From positions 1-54,721 of the forward strand of contig JBGQBE010000017.1 of the NCBI GenBank assembly GCA_041494685.1: DNA of 54,721 nucleotides, in the 5' to 3' direction. Made by a program: the position numbers and the translations under genes. This document shows, piece by piece, positions 1 to 9,254 of the stretch. Position 1 is the first letter of the stretch, and each line of letters starts with the position of its first letter. The notes beneath the pieces were generated by a model. That model searched no databases. It was given only the letters and a program-made list of their open reading frames with translations, and was not told where the DNA came from. The stretch is from Dehalococcoidia bacterium (GTDB lineage Bacteria; Chloroflexota; Dehalococcoidia; DSTF01; JACRBR01).

Positions 1-1
1 C

Positions 2-709
2 ACCGCCATACCGCCGACCAACACGCCGACACCGACCAACACCGCGGTGCCGCCGACCAACACGCCGACACCGACCAACACCGCGGTGCCGCCGACCAAC
101 ACGCCGACGCCGACCAACACCGCGGTACCGACGGCAACTGACACGTCAACCCCGACACCGACCAACACGGCGATACCGCCGACCAACACGCCGACACCGA
201 CCAACACCGCCGTGCCGACGGCGACTGACACGTCAACGTCGACACCGACCAACACTCCGCAGGCCCAGCCGTCGCAGACCGCACAGGCCACCACCACGGC
301 GCAAGTGACACGAACGGCCCAGGCAACGCAGACCGTCCAGGTCACTCGGACGGTGACGGCGACCGACACGCCGACTCCCACCAACACCGCCGTGCCGACG
401 GCGACCGACACGCCGCAGCCGCCGGTGCGGACGTCCACGCCGGTCTCGACGACGACCCAGCCGCCCGCAACGACCTCGACGCGGGTCTCCGCAACCTCGA
501 CCGCCGTGAGGACGGCGACGTCGGTGAGCGCCGTGCTGGGCACTGGCCAGGGCCCGAGGAGCAACGCGGGAGGCACGATCGCGCTCCCGAACACCGGCGA
601 CGGCCATGACAGTTCCGCCGGAGACTACACGCTCGCGGTGCTGGTCCTGGCCATGACCGGAGCGGGCATGCTTGGAGCGGTCATCTACCGCCGCCGCCGC
701 GCCGGCTAG
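2..709 (+). CDS. C-terminal part of a Pro/Thr-repeat surface protein with LPXTG-type sorting signal (5' truncated by window edge)
   Basis: Frame open from nt 2. [13 protein letters not shown] repeats, then LPNTG (584-598), hydrophobic helix [19 protein letters not shown] and basic tail RRRRAG. Confidence 0.85.
   Translation, partial: TAIPPTNTPTPTNTAVPPTNTPTPTNTAVPPTNTPTPTNTAVPTATDTSTPTPTNTAIPPTNTPTPTNTAVPTATDTSTSTPTNTPQAQPSQTAQATTTAQVTRTAQATQTVQVTRTVTATDTPTPTNTAVPTATDTPQPPVRTSTPVSTTTQPPATTSTRVSATSTAVRTATSVSAVLGTGQGPRSNAGGTIALPNTGDGHDSSAGDYTLAVLVLAMTGAGMLGAVIYRRRRAG
11..415 (+). repeat. Coding tandem repeat, 39-bp unit ([13 protein letters not shown]) with PTATDTST variants
   Basis: Near-identical units at 11-49, 50-88, 89-127 and 176-214; degenerate copies further on. 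Confidence 0.9.
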
Positions 710-805
710 TGGCGGTACGCGGGCCGCGGCCAGAAGCGAAGCCTCAACGGGAAGCCCCGCGCCATGTTGTCCGCTATACTCGCTCCGTGTTGAAACGGGG
801 GTAAC

Positions 806-1459
806 TTGAAGATTCTCATTTGCGCCACGCTGGCAGGGCTCGGCCTGCTTGCCGCGGTTATCGCGCCATCGAACGCAACTCGCGCACAGACAGACCAGGC
901 CGTTGTGCGCGTGGTCACGCCGTCTGACAGCGTCGCCAAGTCCAACAACCAGGTGGAAGTCTCGATCAACGTCGAGAACGTCACGAATCTCGCCGGCTTC
1001 CAGTTCGTGCTTACGGTGGATCCGTCCGTGTTCAAGACGCTCGCCGTCCGCAAGACGCTGCTCATCGGCCAGACCGGCCGCGAGATCGTCTGCGGCGATC
1101 CCACCATCGAGGCGGCAGCCGTGCGCCTGTCATGCGTGACACTGCGGGAGAAGCCCGCCGGCGTCGACGGATCGGGCACCATCGCCACCGTCACGCTGCA
1201 GCCGCTCGCCAAGGGAGCGTCAGACCTCGTCCTCGACAACGTGAAGCTCGTGCATCCTGACGGGACCGAGCTTCCTTCCACCGTGGCCAACGCACGGCTC
1301 AAGGTCACGGGCGGCTCGTGGTGGACGACGACGCGCATCATCCTGGTGTCGGGCGGCGCCGTGCTCGTCGCCCTGACCGCACTTGCGACCGTCCGGCGCG
1401 TGCGCGCGCGGGCGACGCCTACGTCGGCGACTGCAGGCGATCCAGAAGCCGGCGCGTAA
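806..1459 (+). CDS. Secreted cohesin-domain protein with C-terminal membrane anchor
   Basis: Signal peptide; VEVSINVENVTNLAGFQFVLTVDPSV...GSGTIATVTL...LVLDNVKL resembles the cohesin beta-sandwich; C-terminal TM helix followed by RRVRAR; TTG start. Confidence 0.75.
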   Translation: MKILICATLAGLGLLAAVIAPSNATRAQTDQAVVRVVTPSDSVAKSNNQVEVSINVENVTNLAGFQFVLTVDPSVFKTLAVRKTLLIGQTGREIVCGDPTIEAAAVRLSCVTLREKPAGVDGSGTIATVTLQPLAKGASDLVLDNVKLVHPDGTELPSTVANARLKVTGGSWWTTTRIILVSGGAVLVALTALATVRRVRARATPTSATAGDPEAGA

Positions 1460-2039
1460 CGCTCGCGAAGACCTCGTAGTCCTGCGCGCCGACGAGGCGG
1501 AAGCCGCCCTCGTAGACGAAGGTCGGTGTGCTCAGCACCTCATCCTCGCGCGCGGCATGCGTAATGGCGTCGATGCGATCGCGGTAGCGCTCGTCGGCGA
1601 GCGCCTGGCGCAGGCGCTGGTCGTCGACGCCGCACGCGCGCGCGATGTCGCAGAGCACGTCGGCGTCGCCCAGGTCGCGCGCTTCCTCGAAATAGGCGTG
1701 AAAGAGGGCGCGGTGGTAGGCGGCGAAGCCGCCCTGCTCGCGCGCGAACTCGGCCGCTTCCAGCGCGAGGTGCGAGTTGGCGACGACGGGCGGCATGCGC
1801 AGCGCGAGTCCCGACTCCCGCGCTAGGCCGACGATATTGTCGCGGTAGGCGGCGGCGCGGGCGCTGCCGCCCAGGCGGCCGGCGAGGTTGGCGCCGGTGC
1901 GGGGCGTCTCGGGGTGCAGCTCGAAGGGGCGCCACTCGACCGCGACGGGGAACTCGCGCTCGAGCCGCTCGATGCGCTGGAGGCCGATGTAGCACCAGGG
2001 GCAGACGTAGTCGGAGTAGGCGATGATCTGCAGCGTCAT
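1419..2039 (-). CDS. DsbA family oxidoreductase (FrnE-like)
   Basis: YSDYVCPWCYIG, WRPFELHP, cis-Pro TPTF and GAQ motifs. Confidence 0.9.
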   Translation of the reverse strand: MTLQIIAYSDYVCPWCYIGLQRIERLEREFPVAVEWRPFELHPETPRTGANLAGRLGGSARAAAYRDNIVGLARESGLALRMPPVVANSHLALEAAEFAREQGGFAAYHRALFHAYFEEARDLGDADVLCDIARACGVDDQRLRQALADERYRDRIDAITHAAREDEVLSTPTFVYEGGFRLVGAQDYEVFASVTRRLLDRLQSPT

Positions 2040-2122
2040 GCGGCGAGCGTAGCGGCCGGAGCGCTCGGCGGCCAGCGGCGGCGCTTCCGCGGCCCCGGCG
2101 CAGCCGGTACGCTGAGACTGTC

Positions 2123-3097
2123 ATGCAGCACAGCCACTCGGCGGAGGCGCGTACCGTGTATCAGGACCTCAGCATCTTCACGGGCAACGCCCATCCCGCG
2201 CTCGCAAACGCGATCTGCAACTCGCTGGAGATGCCGCTGGGCCAGTGCGAAGTCTTCGAGTTCTCGAATGAGAACATCTTCGTGCGGGTGCTGGAGAACG
2301 TTCGCTCGAAGGACGTCTTCATCGTCCAGCCGCTCTCCTCGCCCGTGAACCGCAGCGTCATGGAGCTGCTGATCATGATCGATGCGTTCAAGCGCGCGTC
2401 GGCGGGACGGATCACGGCCGTGCTGCCGTACTACGGCTATGGCCGCAGCGACAAGAAGGACCAGCCGCGGGTGCCGATCACGGCGCGCCTGCTGGCGAAC
2501 CTGATCGAGACGGCCGGAGCGGACCGCGTGCTGACGGTGGACCTGCACGCTGGCCAGATCCAGGGCTTCTTCAACATCCCGGTCGACGAGTTGACGGCGC
2601 TGTACACGCTGAGCCGCTACTTCAAGGAGCGGGACCTGACGGACGTCACGGTGCTGGCGTCGGACGTGGGCGACGCCAAGCGCGCGCGCAACATCGCGCG
2701 CCAGCTCAACACACCGCTGGCGGTCGTCGACAAGGAACGCATCGGCAACGGCGAAAAGGTCTCCGCCGCGGCGCTGATCGGCGACGTCGACGGCCAGCAC
2801 GTGATCATCCCCGACGACGAGATCCTGACGGGCGGCACGATCCTGGCGGCTGCGCGCATCGCGCTGGAGCGTGGCGCGAAGAGCGTGACGGCGGCGTGCG
2901 TGCACCCGATCCTGTCGGACCGGGCGGTCGAGAAGATCTGCGGCAGCGAGATCCGGGAACTGGTCGTGACCGACACCATCCCGCTGCCACCGCAGAAGCA
3001 GCACGAGAAGATCACCGTGCTGACGGTGGCGCCGATGCTGGGCGACGCGATCACGCGCATCCACACGGGCAGGTCAGTCGGCGAGCTGTTCCAGTAG
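2123..3097 (+). CDS. prs: Ribose-phosphate pyrophosphokinase
   Basis: FSNENIFV, PYYGYGRSDKK, VDLHAGQIQGFF and DDEILTGGT motifs. Confidence 0.95.
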   Translation: MQHSHSAEARTVYQDLSIFTGNAHPALANAICNSLEMPLGQCEVFEFSNENIFVRVLENVRSKDVFIVQPLSSPVNRSVMELLIMIDAFKRASAGRITAVLPYYGYGRSDKKDQPRVPITARLLANLIETAGADRVLTVDLHAGQIQGFFNIPVDELTALYTLSRYFKERDLTDVTVLASDVGDAKRARNIARQLNTPLAVVDKERIGNGEKVSAAALIGDVDGQHVIIPDDEILTGGTILAAARIALERGAKSVTAACVHPILSDRAVEKICGSEIRELVVTDTIPLPPQKQHEKITVLTVAPMLGDAITRIHTGRSVGELFQ

Positions 3098-3209
3098 CCG
3101 GCGGCGCACCCCGGGCGGCGGCAACGACGCTCCTTCTCATTTCCAGGCAACGAAGCGCCTGCGGTGCCCCCGCCTGGCGATGGCGTCTGCTATCATCGCG
3201 ACGGACACC

Positions 3210-3223
3210 AAAACATATGTTCA
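3210..3223. promoter_or_regulatory. Putative LexA (SOS) box overlapping the dnaE start codon
   Basis: AAAAC-ATAT-GTTCA; core has one mismatch to GAAC-N4-GTTC; lies downstream of a tgcTATCAT -10 box at 3191-3196. Confidence 0.55.
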
Positions 3224-6200
3224 CTCACCTTCACCTTCACACTGAGTACAGCCTGCTCGACGGCCTGAGCCGCATCCCGGACGTGATGGACCGCGTGGCC
3301 GCGCTCGGCCAGCAGTCGGTCGCGATGACGGATCACGGCGCGCTGTACGGCGCGATCGACTTCTACCGGGAAGCGCGGCAGCGGGGCATCAAGCCGATCA
3401 TCGGCATCGAGGCGTACATCGCGCCGGACTCGCGGCTGAAGAAGTCGGACTCGCGCAGCAACAACTACTTCCACCTGACGCTGCTGGCGAAGGACATGGA
3501 GGGCTACCGCAACCTGATCAAGCTCTCCACGCGCTCGCACCTGGAGGGCTTCTACTACAAGCCGCGCATGGACAAGGAGCTGCTGACCGAGTACGGCAAG
3601 GGGCTGATCGCGCTGAGCGGCTGTCCGTCGGGCGAGATGCACCGGCTGCTGAACGAGGACCGCTACGACGACGCGCGTAACCTGGCAGGCTTCTTCCGGG
3701 ACACCTTCGACGACTTCTACCTGGAGGTGATGCGCCACGACGAGCCGGAGATCAACGCCGCCTGCGCGAAGGCGCTGCAGGGACTGGTGCGGCTCTCCGC
3801 CGACATGAAGATCCCGCTCGTCGCGACGAACGACTCGCACTACACGCAGCCGGAAGACGCGGCGATCCACGACGTGCTGCTATGCATCGGCACGAACTCG
3901 ACGGTGGACGACCCGAAGCGCCAGCTGAAGATGCACGACACCTCCTACTACGTGAAGTCGGAGGCGGAGATGCTGGCGCTGTTCCACGACCTGCCCGAGG
4001 CCGTGACGAACACACAGCTGGTGGCGGACCAGTGCAACCTGGACCTGGAGTTCGGCCGGCTGCACCTGCCGGAGCCGGCGATCCCGCCGGGCGTGACGCC
4101 GCACGAGCACCTGACGAACCTCGCGCGGGAGGGGCTGAACCGCCGCTATCCCTTCGCGGACGAAGCGGTGCGCGCGCGCCTGCAGTACGAGTTGGACGTG
4201 GTGGAGAAGACGGGCTTCACGAACTATTTCCACGTCGTGCACGACATCGCGCAGTTCTGCAAGCGGGCGGGGATCATGCTGGGCGTGCGCGGCTCGGCCG
4301 CCGCGAGCATCATCCTCTACACGCTCGACGTGACGTTCATCGACCCGCTGGCGTCGCGGCTGGTGTTCGAGCGCTTCCTGCACGTGGACCGCAAGGAGCC
4401 GCCGGACGTCGACCTGGACATCCCGGATGACCGCCGCGACGAGGTGATCCAGTACGTCGCGGAGCGGTACGGCCGCGACCGCGTGGCGCAGATCATTACG
4501 TTCGGCACGATGGGCGCGAAGGCGGCGATCCGCGACACGGGGCGCGCGCTGGGCATGTCGTACGGCGACGTGGATCGCGTCGCGCGGCTGGTGCCGAACG
4601 CGCTGCACATGACGCTGACGAAGGCGCTGGAAGAGGCGCCGGAGCTGGCGTCGGCGTACGAGGTGGATCCGCAGGTGAGCCGCCTCGTCGATACGGCGCG
4701 GCGGCTGGAAGGCGTGGCGCGCCACGCCAGCACGCACGCGGCCGGCGTCGTGATCTCGAAGGAGCCGCTGGCGGAGTACGTGCCGCTGCAGCGCCCGACG
4801 CGCGGCGACGAGACATCGATCCCGACGACGCAGTACGCGATGGCGCAGGTGGCGGAGATCGGCCTGCTGAAGATGGATTTTCTCGGCCTGGCGAACCTGA
4901 CGATCCTGGGCCGGGCGGTGGAGATCATCGGGCGGACGAAAGGCGTGACGATCGACCTGGCGGCGCTGCCGGACGGCGACGCGAAGACGTTCGAGATGCT
5001 GGGGCAGGGCGACACGTTCGGCGTGTTCCAGCTGGAGTCGCCGGGCATGCGGCGGCTGATCACGGAGCTGCGGCCGGACAGCATCGCCGAGCTGATGGCG
5101 CTCGTGGCGCTGTACCGGCCGGGGCCGATGCAGCACATCGGCACGTACTGCCGGTCGAAGCACGACCGGTCGCTCGTGCAGTACCCGCACCCGGATCTGG
5201 CGGAGATCCTGGACGAGACGTACGGCGTCATCACCTACCAGGATCAGGTGCTGTTCATCCTCCAGAAGTTCGCCGGCTACTCGCTGAAGGACGCAGACGC
5301 GATCCGGAAGGCGATGTCGAAGAAGATCGCTGCGCTGATGCAGGCGGAGGGCGAGAAGTTCGTCGCCGCCGCCGTGAAGAACGGCTACACCGAGGCGGAG
5401 GCGCGCGCAGTCTTCGACCTGATCGAGCCGTTCGCGGGGTACGCGTTCAACAAGGCGCATTCGGCCTGCTACGGCACGATCGCGTACCAGACCGCGTACC
5501 TGAAGGCCAACTACGCGCACGAGTACATGACGGCGGTGCTGGCCAGCGCGGGTACGCACGAGCGCATCGCCGAGGCGGTGGCGGAGTGCGTGCGGCTGGG
5601 CATCGCGGTCGTGCCGCCGGACGTGAACCGCAGCGGCATCGGCTTCGAGTTGCAGGAGATCGACGGCGCGCCGTCGATCGTGTACGGGCTGGCGACGGTG
5701 AAGAACGTCGGCTCGGGCGCGGCCGAGAGCATCATCGCGGCGCGCGACGAGGGCGGGACGTTCAGCAGCATCGAGGACTTCACGAAGCGCGTAGATCTGA
5801 AGGCGCTGAACCGGCGCGCGCTGGAGTCGCTGGTGAAGTGCGGCGCGCTCGACTCGCTGGCGTCGCGCGGGACGCTGCTGGCGAACCTCGACCGCATCGT
5901 CTCGCTCGCGCAGCGCGAGGCGAAGCTGAAGGAGACCGGGCAGTCGACGATGTTCGACATGTTCGGCGACAGCGTGGCGACGCCGCTGCCGTCGCTCGAG
6001 CTGGAAGAAGCGGAGATCACGAAGGCGGAGGCGCTCTCGTGGGAGAAGGAGCTGCTGGGGGTCTACATCTCCGAGCACCCGTTCACCAGCGCCGCGGTGA
6101 CCGTGGCGAAGCACACGTCGGCGTTGGTCAGCGAGATCACGGCGGAGATGGACGGCCGCGACGTCGTCATCGCCGGCATGGTGAACGGCGTGCGGCAGCT

Positions 6201-6972
6201 GGCGACGAAGGCCGGCAAGCCGTTCGTGGCGGTGACGGTCGAAGACCTCTCGGGTAGCACGGAGGTCACGGTGTGGCCGGACGTCTACGAGCCGACGCGG
6301 GAGATGTGGGCGCCGGGCAACATCCTGTTGCTGCTGGTGCGTGTGCGCGAGCGGAACGAGCGCCTGCAGGTGGCCGTGCAGCAAATCTCGCTCGTGCAGA
6401 CGGCCGACGGGTCGTTCAGCCACGAGCACTTCCAGATCCCGGCGTGGCTGACCGCGGCGGTGCGCACATCCGCCGGCGTCAGCGTGGCGAACGTGCACCC
6501 GGCGCTGCCCGCCGGTAACGGCGACGGGAGCGCGGCGCCGGCCAACAACGGCGCGCCGAGGCAGAACGGCAACGGACACGCGAAGAATGGCGGCAGCGAC
6601 GCCGGGGAGACATCCGCGCCGCAGCCGACGGCCGCTGCGCCCGCGCCAGCTCCCGCCGCCAGCGCACCGCCGCCGGCGCGGCGCAAGCAGCGGGCCGCGC
6701 TGCGTTTCACGCTGCACGAATCGGACGACCCCGACGCCGACCGGGTGCACATCGACGCGCTGATCGCGGTACTGCAGCAGTACGAGGGGACGGACGCGAT
6801 CCGCATCTTCATCCAGTGCAACGACGGCGACATGATCGAGTTGACGCTGCCGCACGCGCGTGCCTGCGACGAGCTGCGCCGGGCCGGCATCGCGGCGCTG
6901 GGGCCGCAGGGCGGCGCGGAGCCGCTGACGGCGGACCCGCGGACGCGCGGCGTTGAACCGCTCGAAGTGTGA
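3217..6972 (+). CDS. dnaE: DNA polymerase III alpha subunit
   Basis: Start reset to MFTHLHLHTEYSLLDG (PHP domain). RGSAAAS, PDVDLD, KMDFLGL, YAFNKAHS and OB domain present. Confidence 0.97.
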   Translation: MFTHLHLHTEYSLLDGLSRIPDVMDRVAALGQQSVAMTDHGALYGAIDFYREARQRGIKPIIGIEAYIAPDSRLKKSDSRSNNYFHLTLLAKDMEGYRNLIKLSTRSHLEGFYYKPRMDKELLTEYGKGLIALSGCPSGEMHRLLNEDRYDDARNLAGFFRDTFDDFYLEVMRHDEPEINAACAKALQGLVRLSADMKIPLVATNDSHYTQPEDAAIHDVLLCIGTNSTVDDPKRQLKMHDTSYYVKSEAEMLALFHDLPEAVTNTQLVADQCNLDLEFGRLHLPEPAIPPGVTPHEHLTNLAREGLNRRYPFADEAVRARLQYELDVVEKTGFTNYFHVVHDIAQFCKRAGIMLGVRGSAAASIILYTLDVTFIDPLASRLVFERFLHVDRKEPPDVDLDIPDDRRDEVIQYVAERYGRDRVAQIITFGTMGAKAAIRDTGRALGMSYGDVDRVARLVPNALHMTLTKALEEAPELASAYEVDPQVSRLVDTARRLEGVARHASTHAAGVVISKEPLAEYVPLQRPTRGDETSIPTTQYAMAQVAEIGLLKMDFLGLANLTILGRAVEIIGRTKGVTIDLAALPDGDAKTFEMLGQGDTFGVFQLESPGMRRLITELRPDSIAELMALVALYRPGPMQHIGTYCRSKHDRSLVQYPHPDLAEILDETYGVITYQDQVLFILQKFAGYSLKDADAIRKAMSKKIAALMQAEGEKFVAAAVKNGYTEAEARAVFDLIEPFAGYAFNKAHSACYGTIAYQTAYLKANYAHEYMTAVLASAGTHERIAEAVAECVRLGIAVVPPDVNRSGIGFELQEIDGAPSIVYGLATVKNVGSGAAESIIAARDEGGTFSSIEDFTKRVDLKALNRRALESLVKCGALDSLASRGTLLANLDRIVSLAQREAKLKETGQSTMFDMFGDSVATPLPSLELEEAEITKAEALSWEKELLGVYISEHPFTSAAVTVAKHTSALVSEITAEMDGRDVVIAGMVNGVRQLATKAGKPFVAVTVEDLSGSTEVTVWPDVYEPTREMWAPGNILLLLVRVRERNERLQVAVQQISLVQTADGSFSHEHFQIPAWLTAAVRTSAGVSVANVHPALPAGNGDGSAAPANNGAPRQNGNGHAKNGGSDAGETSAPQPTAAAPAPAPAASAPPPARRKQRAALRFTLHESDDPDADRVHIDALIAVLQQYEGTDAIRIFIQCNDGDMIELTLPHARACDELRRAGIAALGPQGGAEPLTADPRTRGVEPLEV

Positions 6973-6984
6973 TCTGGACACTGA

Positions 6985-7071
6985 GGGCTGGAGACTAGAG
7001 ACTGGGTCTCTCAACCGCCAGCGTGCAGCGTGTTACCCAATCTCCAATCTCCAATCTCCAGTCCCCAGCCT
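6985..7071. repeat. Inverted pair of heptamer tandem arrays
   Basis: GGGCTGG-AGACTAG-AGACTGG (6985-7005) opposite CCAATCT x3-CCAGTCC-CCAGCCT (7037-7071). Confidence 0.8.
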
Positions 7072-7089
7072 CCGTGCAAAGGAGCCACC

Positions 7090-8010
7090 GTGCCGATCGA
7101 GATCTCGCCACACGTCACCAGCCTCCACGTCGACCTGGCGTGGTTCCCGCAGCCGTATCCGCCAAACGTCTTCCTGATCCAGGACCGTGGCGAGGCGGCG
7201 CTGGTAGACGCCGGGTTCAGCGACGACGAATCGTACGACAAGCGCGCGGCGATGCTGAAGGAAGCGGGCGTCGAGCGCGTCAAGTACATCTTCATCACCC
7301 ACCACCACTACGACCACTCCAGCGGCGCCGACCGGCTGCGCAAGCTGACGGGCGCGCAGATCGTCGTACACGCCGACGAGGAGACGCTCCTCACGTCGCC
7401 GGACTATGACAGCGGCGACATGGAGATCCCCGAGGACCAGAAAGAGGCGCGCGAGCAGGCGAAGAAGTGGATCGCCGAGGCGGCGAAGGCCACGCCGGAC
7501 GTGCGCGTCGCGGACGGCGACGTGCTGATGGTAGGCGGGCTGCACCTGCGCTGCGTGCACGCGCCGGGGCATACGGCGGGGCATCTCTGCCTGGTGCTGG
7601 AAGAGGACGGCGTGCTCTTCGCCGGCGACAACGTGCTGGGCGTGGGCACGGCCGCGATCTCGCCGCCGCCCCGCGGCGACATGGGCGAGTACATCCGCTC
7701 GCTGCGGAAGATGCAGGCGCTGGGCGCGACGCTGCTGGCGCCCGGGCACGGTCCGGCGGTGAAGGAGCCGTCGCGCAAAATCCAGGAGTTGATCGACCAC
7801 CGTCAGCAGCGCGAGGATCAGATCGTCGGGCTGATCGCGCAGGGCAAGGACAGCGTGAATTCGCTGCTGAAGGCGATCTACCCCGAGCTGGACAAGCGGC
7901 TGAACGGGATGGCGACGGGCCAGATCCTGGCGCACCTGCACAAGCTGCAGTCGGACGGCAAGCTCAAGCTCGCGGGCAAGGGCGTCGATACGACAATCTC
8001 GCCAGCCTGA
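7090..8010 (+). CDS. MBL-fold metallo-hydrolase (LACTB2-like, probable C-terminal winged helix)
   Basis: THHHYDH, PGHTAGH, GDNVLG and PGHG motifs; GTG start with AAGGAG Shine-Dalgarno. Confidence 0.88.
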   Translation: MPIEISPHVTSLHVDLAWFPQPYPPNVFLIQDRGEAALVDAGFSDDESYDKRAAMLKEAGVERVKYIFITHHHYDHSSGADRLRKLTGAQIVVHADEETLLTSPDYDSGDMEIPEDQKEAREQAKKWIAEAAKATPDVRVADGDVLMVGGLHLRCVHAPGHTAGHLCLVLEEDGVLFAGDNVLGVGTAAISPPPRGDMGEYIRSLRKMQALGATLLAPGHGPAVKEPSRKIQELIDHRQQREDQIVGLIAQGKDSVNSLLKAIYPELDKRLNGMATGQILAHLHKLQSDGKLKLAGKGVDTTISPA

Positions 8011-8027
8011 GGGCCGGGCTGGAGATT
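7995..8027. terminator. Hairpin between convergent genes
   Basis: AATCTC(g)CCAGCC...GGCTGGAGATT inverted repeat overlapping the MBL stop codon. Confidence 0.4.
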
Positions 8028-8060
8028 CGAAACGGGGATTTGCGTCGCCGCTGCCGGAGG

Positions 8061-9254
8061 CTAGTCTCCGGCAGCGGCGATCCGCTCCAGCGCCTCACGC
8101 TCGACCACGCGGTACACCTCTGACAGCGGCAGGTTGCGCGCTTCGGCGATGCGGCGGCAGTGCTCGTACTCCGGCGCGGCGCGCGGCGGCTCGCCGGGCA
8201 GGCGCTTCACTTTCACGGCGGCGGGGCCCAGGCTGCTCTCGAACTCAAACGCCTCGCGCTGCGCCTCGTGGCGCGAGACCGTGCTCATGCGCACGCCCAG
8301 GGTCGAGGTCTCGCGCAGCAGCACGTCCGCGATGGCGTGCTCGCGCTCGGCCGAGCAGAGCACCGAGAGCATGATGCCGGGACGGTTCTTCTTCATCTGG
8401 ATCGGCTGGAACCAGACGTCGGCCGCGCCGGCGGCGAAGAGCTTCTCCTGCACGTAGCCGTAGATCTCCGGGTTCATGTCGTCGATATTCGTCTCGACCA
8501 GCTGCATCGCCGGGCGCGCGGGGGCGACGGCGTCGCCGAGCCAGAGGCGCAGCACGTTCGGCCAGCCCTCGGGGTCGCGGCCGCCCGCGCCGTACGCGAC
8601 GGCGGCCACGCGCATCGCGGGCCGCTCGAACGTGGCGAGCGTCGTGACGATCGCGGCGCCGGTGGGCGTCACCATCTCCATCGGGCGGTCGGCGGCGGCG
8701 GGCGCGATCGGGGCGTTCGCCATCGCCATCAGCTCCAGCGTGGCCGGCGCGGGCACGGGGATCGCGCCGTGCGCGGAGCGGGCGGTGCCGCTGCCGGCGG
8801 GCAGCGCAGAGCAGTACAGCGCTTCGACGCCGAGCAGGCGCAACGCGACGACCGCGCCGATCACGTCGACGATCGCGTCCAGCGCGCCTACTTCGTGGAA
8901 GCCGATCTCGTCGGGCGCGACGCCGTGTACGCGCCCTTCGGCCTGGGCGAGCGTGCGGAAGATGCGCCCGGCGCGCTCGCGGTCGTCCGCGGGCAGCGCG
9001 GAGCCATCGATGATCGCCAGGATGTCCGGCAGCTTGCGGTGCGGCTGCTGCGCCTCCGCCAGGTCGACGTGCGCCTTCGTGGCGGCGATGCCGCCGCGCT
9101 GCACCCGCTCGGCGCGGAGCGACCAGCCGGGCACGTTGAGCTTCCCAAGCTCGACTGCCAGGGCGGCCGCGTCGACGCCGGCGTCGATCAGCGCACCGAG
9201 CAGCATGTCGCCGCTGATGCCGGAAAAGCAGTCGAGGTAGGCCACGCGCGTCAT
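8061..9254 (-). CDS. larC: Nickel pincer cofactor biosynthesis protein LarC
   Basis: YLDCFSGISGDMLLGAL, FHEVGALDAIVD, PVPAPAT, TPTGAA, ETNIDD, MKKNRPG and ETSTLGVR. Confidence 0.93.
   Translation of the reverse strand: MTRVAYLDCFSGISGDMLLGALIDAGVDAAALAVELGKLNVPGWSLRAERVQRGGIAATKAHVDLAEAQQPHRKLPDILAIIDGSALPADDRERAGRIFRTLAQAEGRVHGVAPDEIGFHEVGALDAIVDVIGAVVALRLLGVEALYCSALPAGSGTARSAHGAIPVPAPATLELMAMANAPIAPAAADRPMEMVTPTGAAIVTTLATFERPAMRVAAVAYGAGGRDPEGWPNVLRLWLGDAVAPARPAMQLVETNIDDMNPEIYGYVQEKLFAAGAADVWFQPIQMKKNRPGIMLSVLCSAEREHAIADVLLRETSTLGVRMSTVSRHEAQREAFEFESSLGPAAVKVKRLPGEPPRAAPEYEHCRRIAEARNLPLSEVYRVVEREALERIAAAGD

Noticed and set aside
2896..3216. N-terminal extension or intein in DnaE
   Set aside because: The extension overlaps prs, the canonical PHP start is at 3217, and no intein or homing endonuclease motifs were seen.
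3880..7014. Very long antisense or alternate-frame ORFs (also 51744-54503, 48826-51069, 23366-25201 and many more)
   Set aside because: They shadow well-supported genes, give Arg/Ala/Gly-rich translations without motifs, and are expected from high-GC codon bias.
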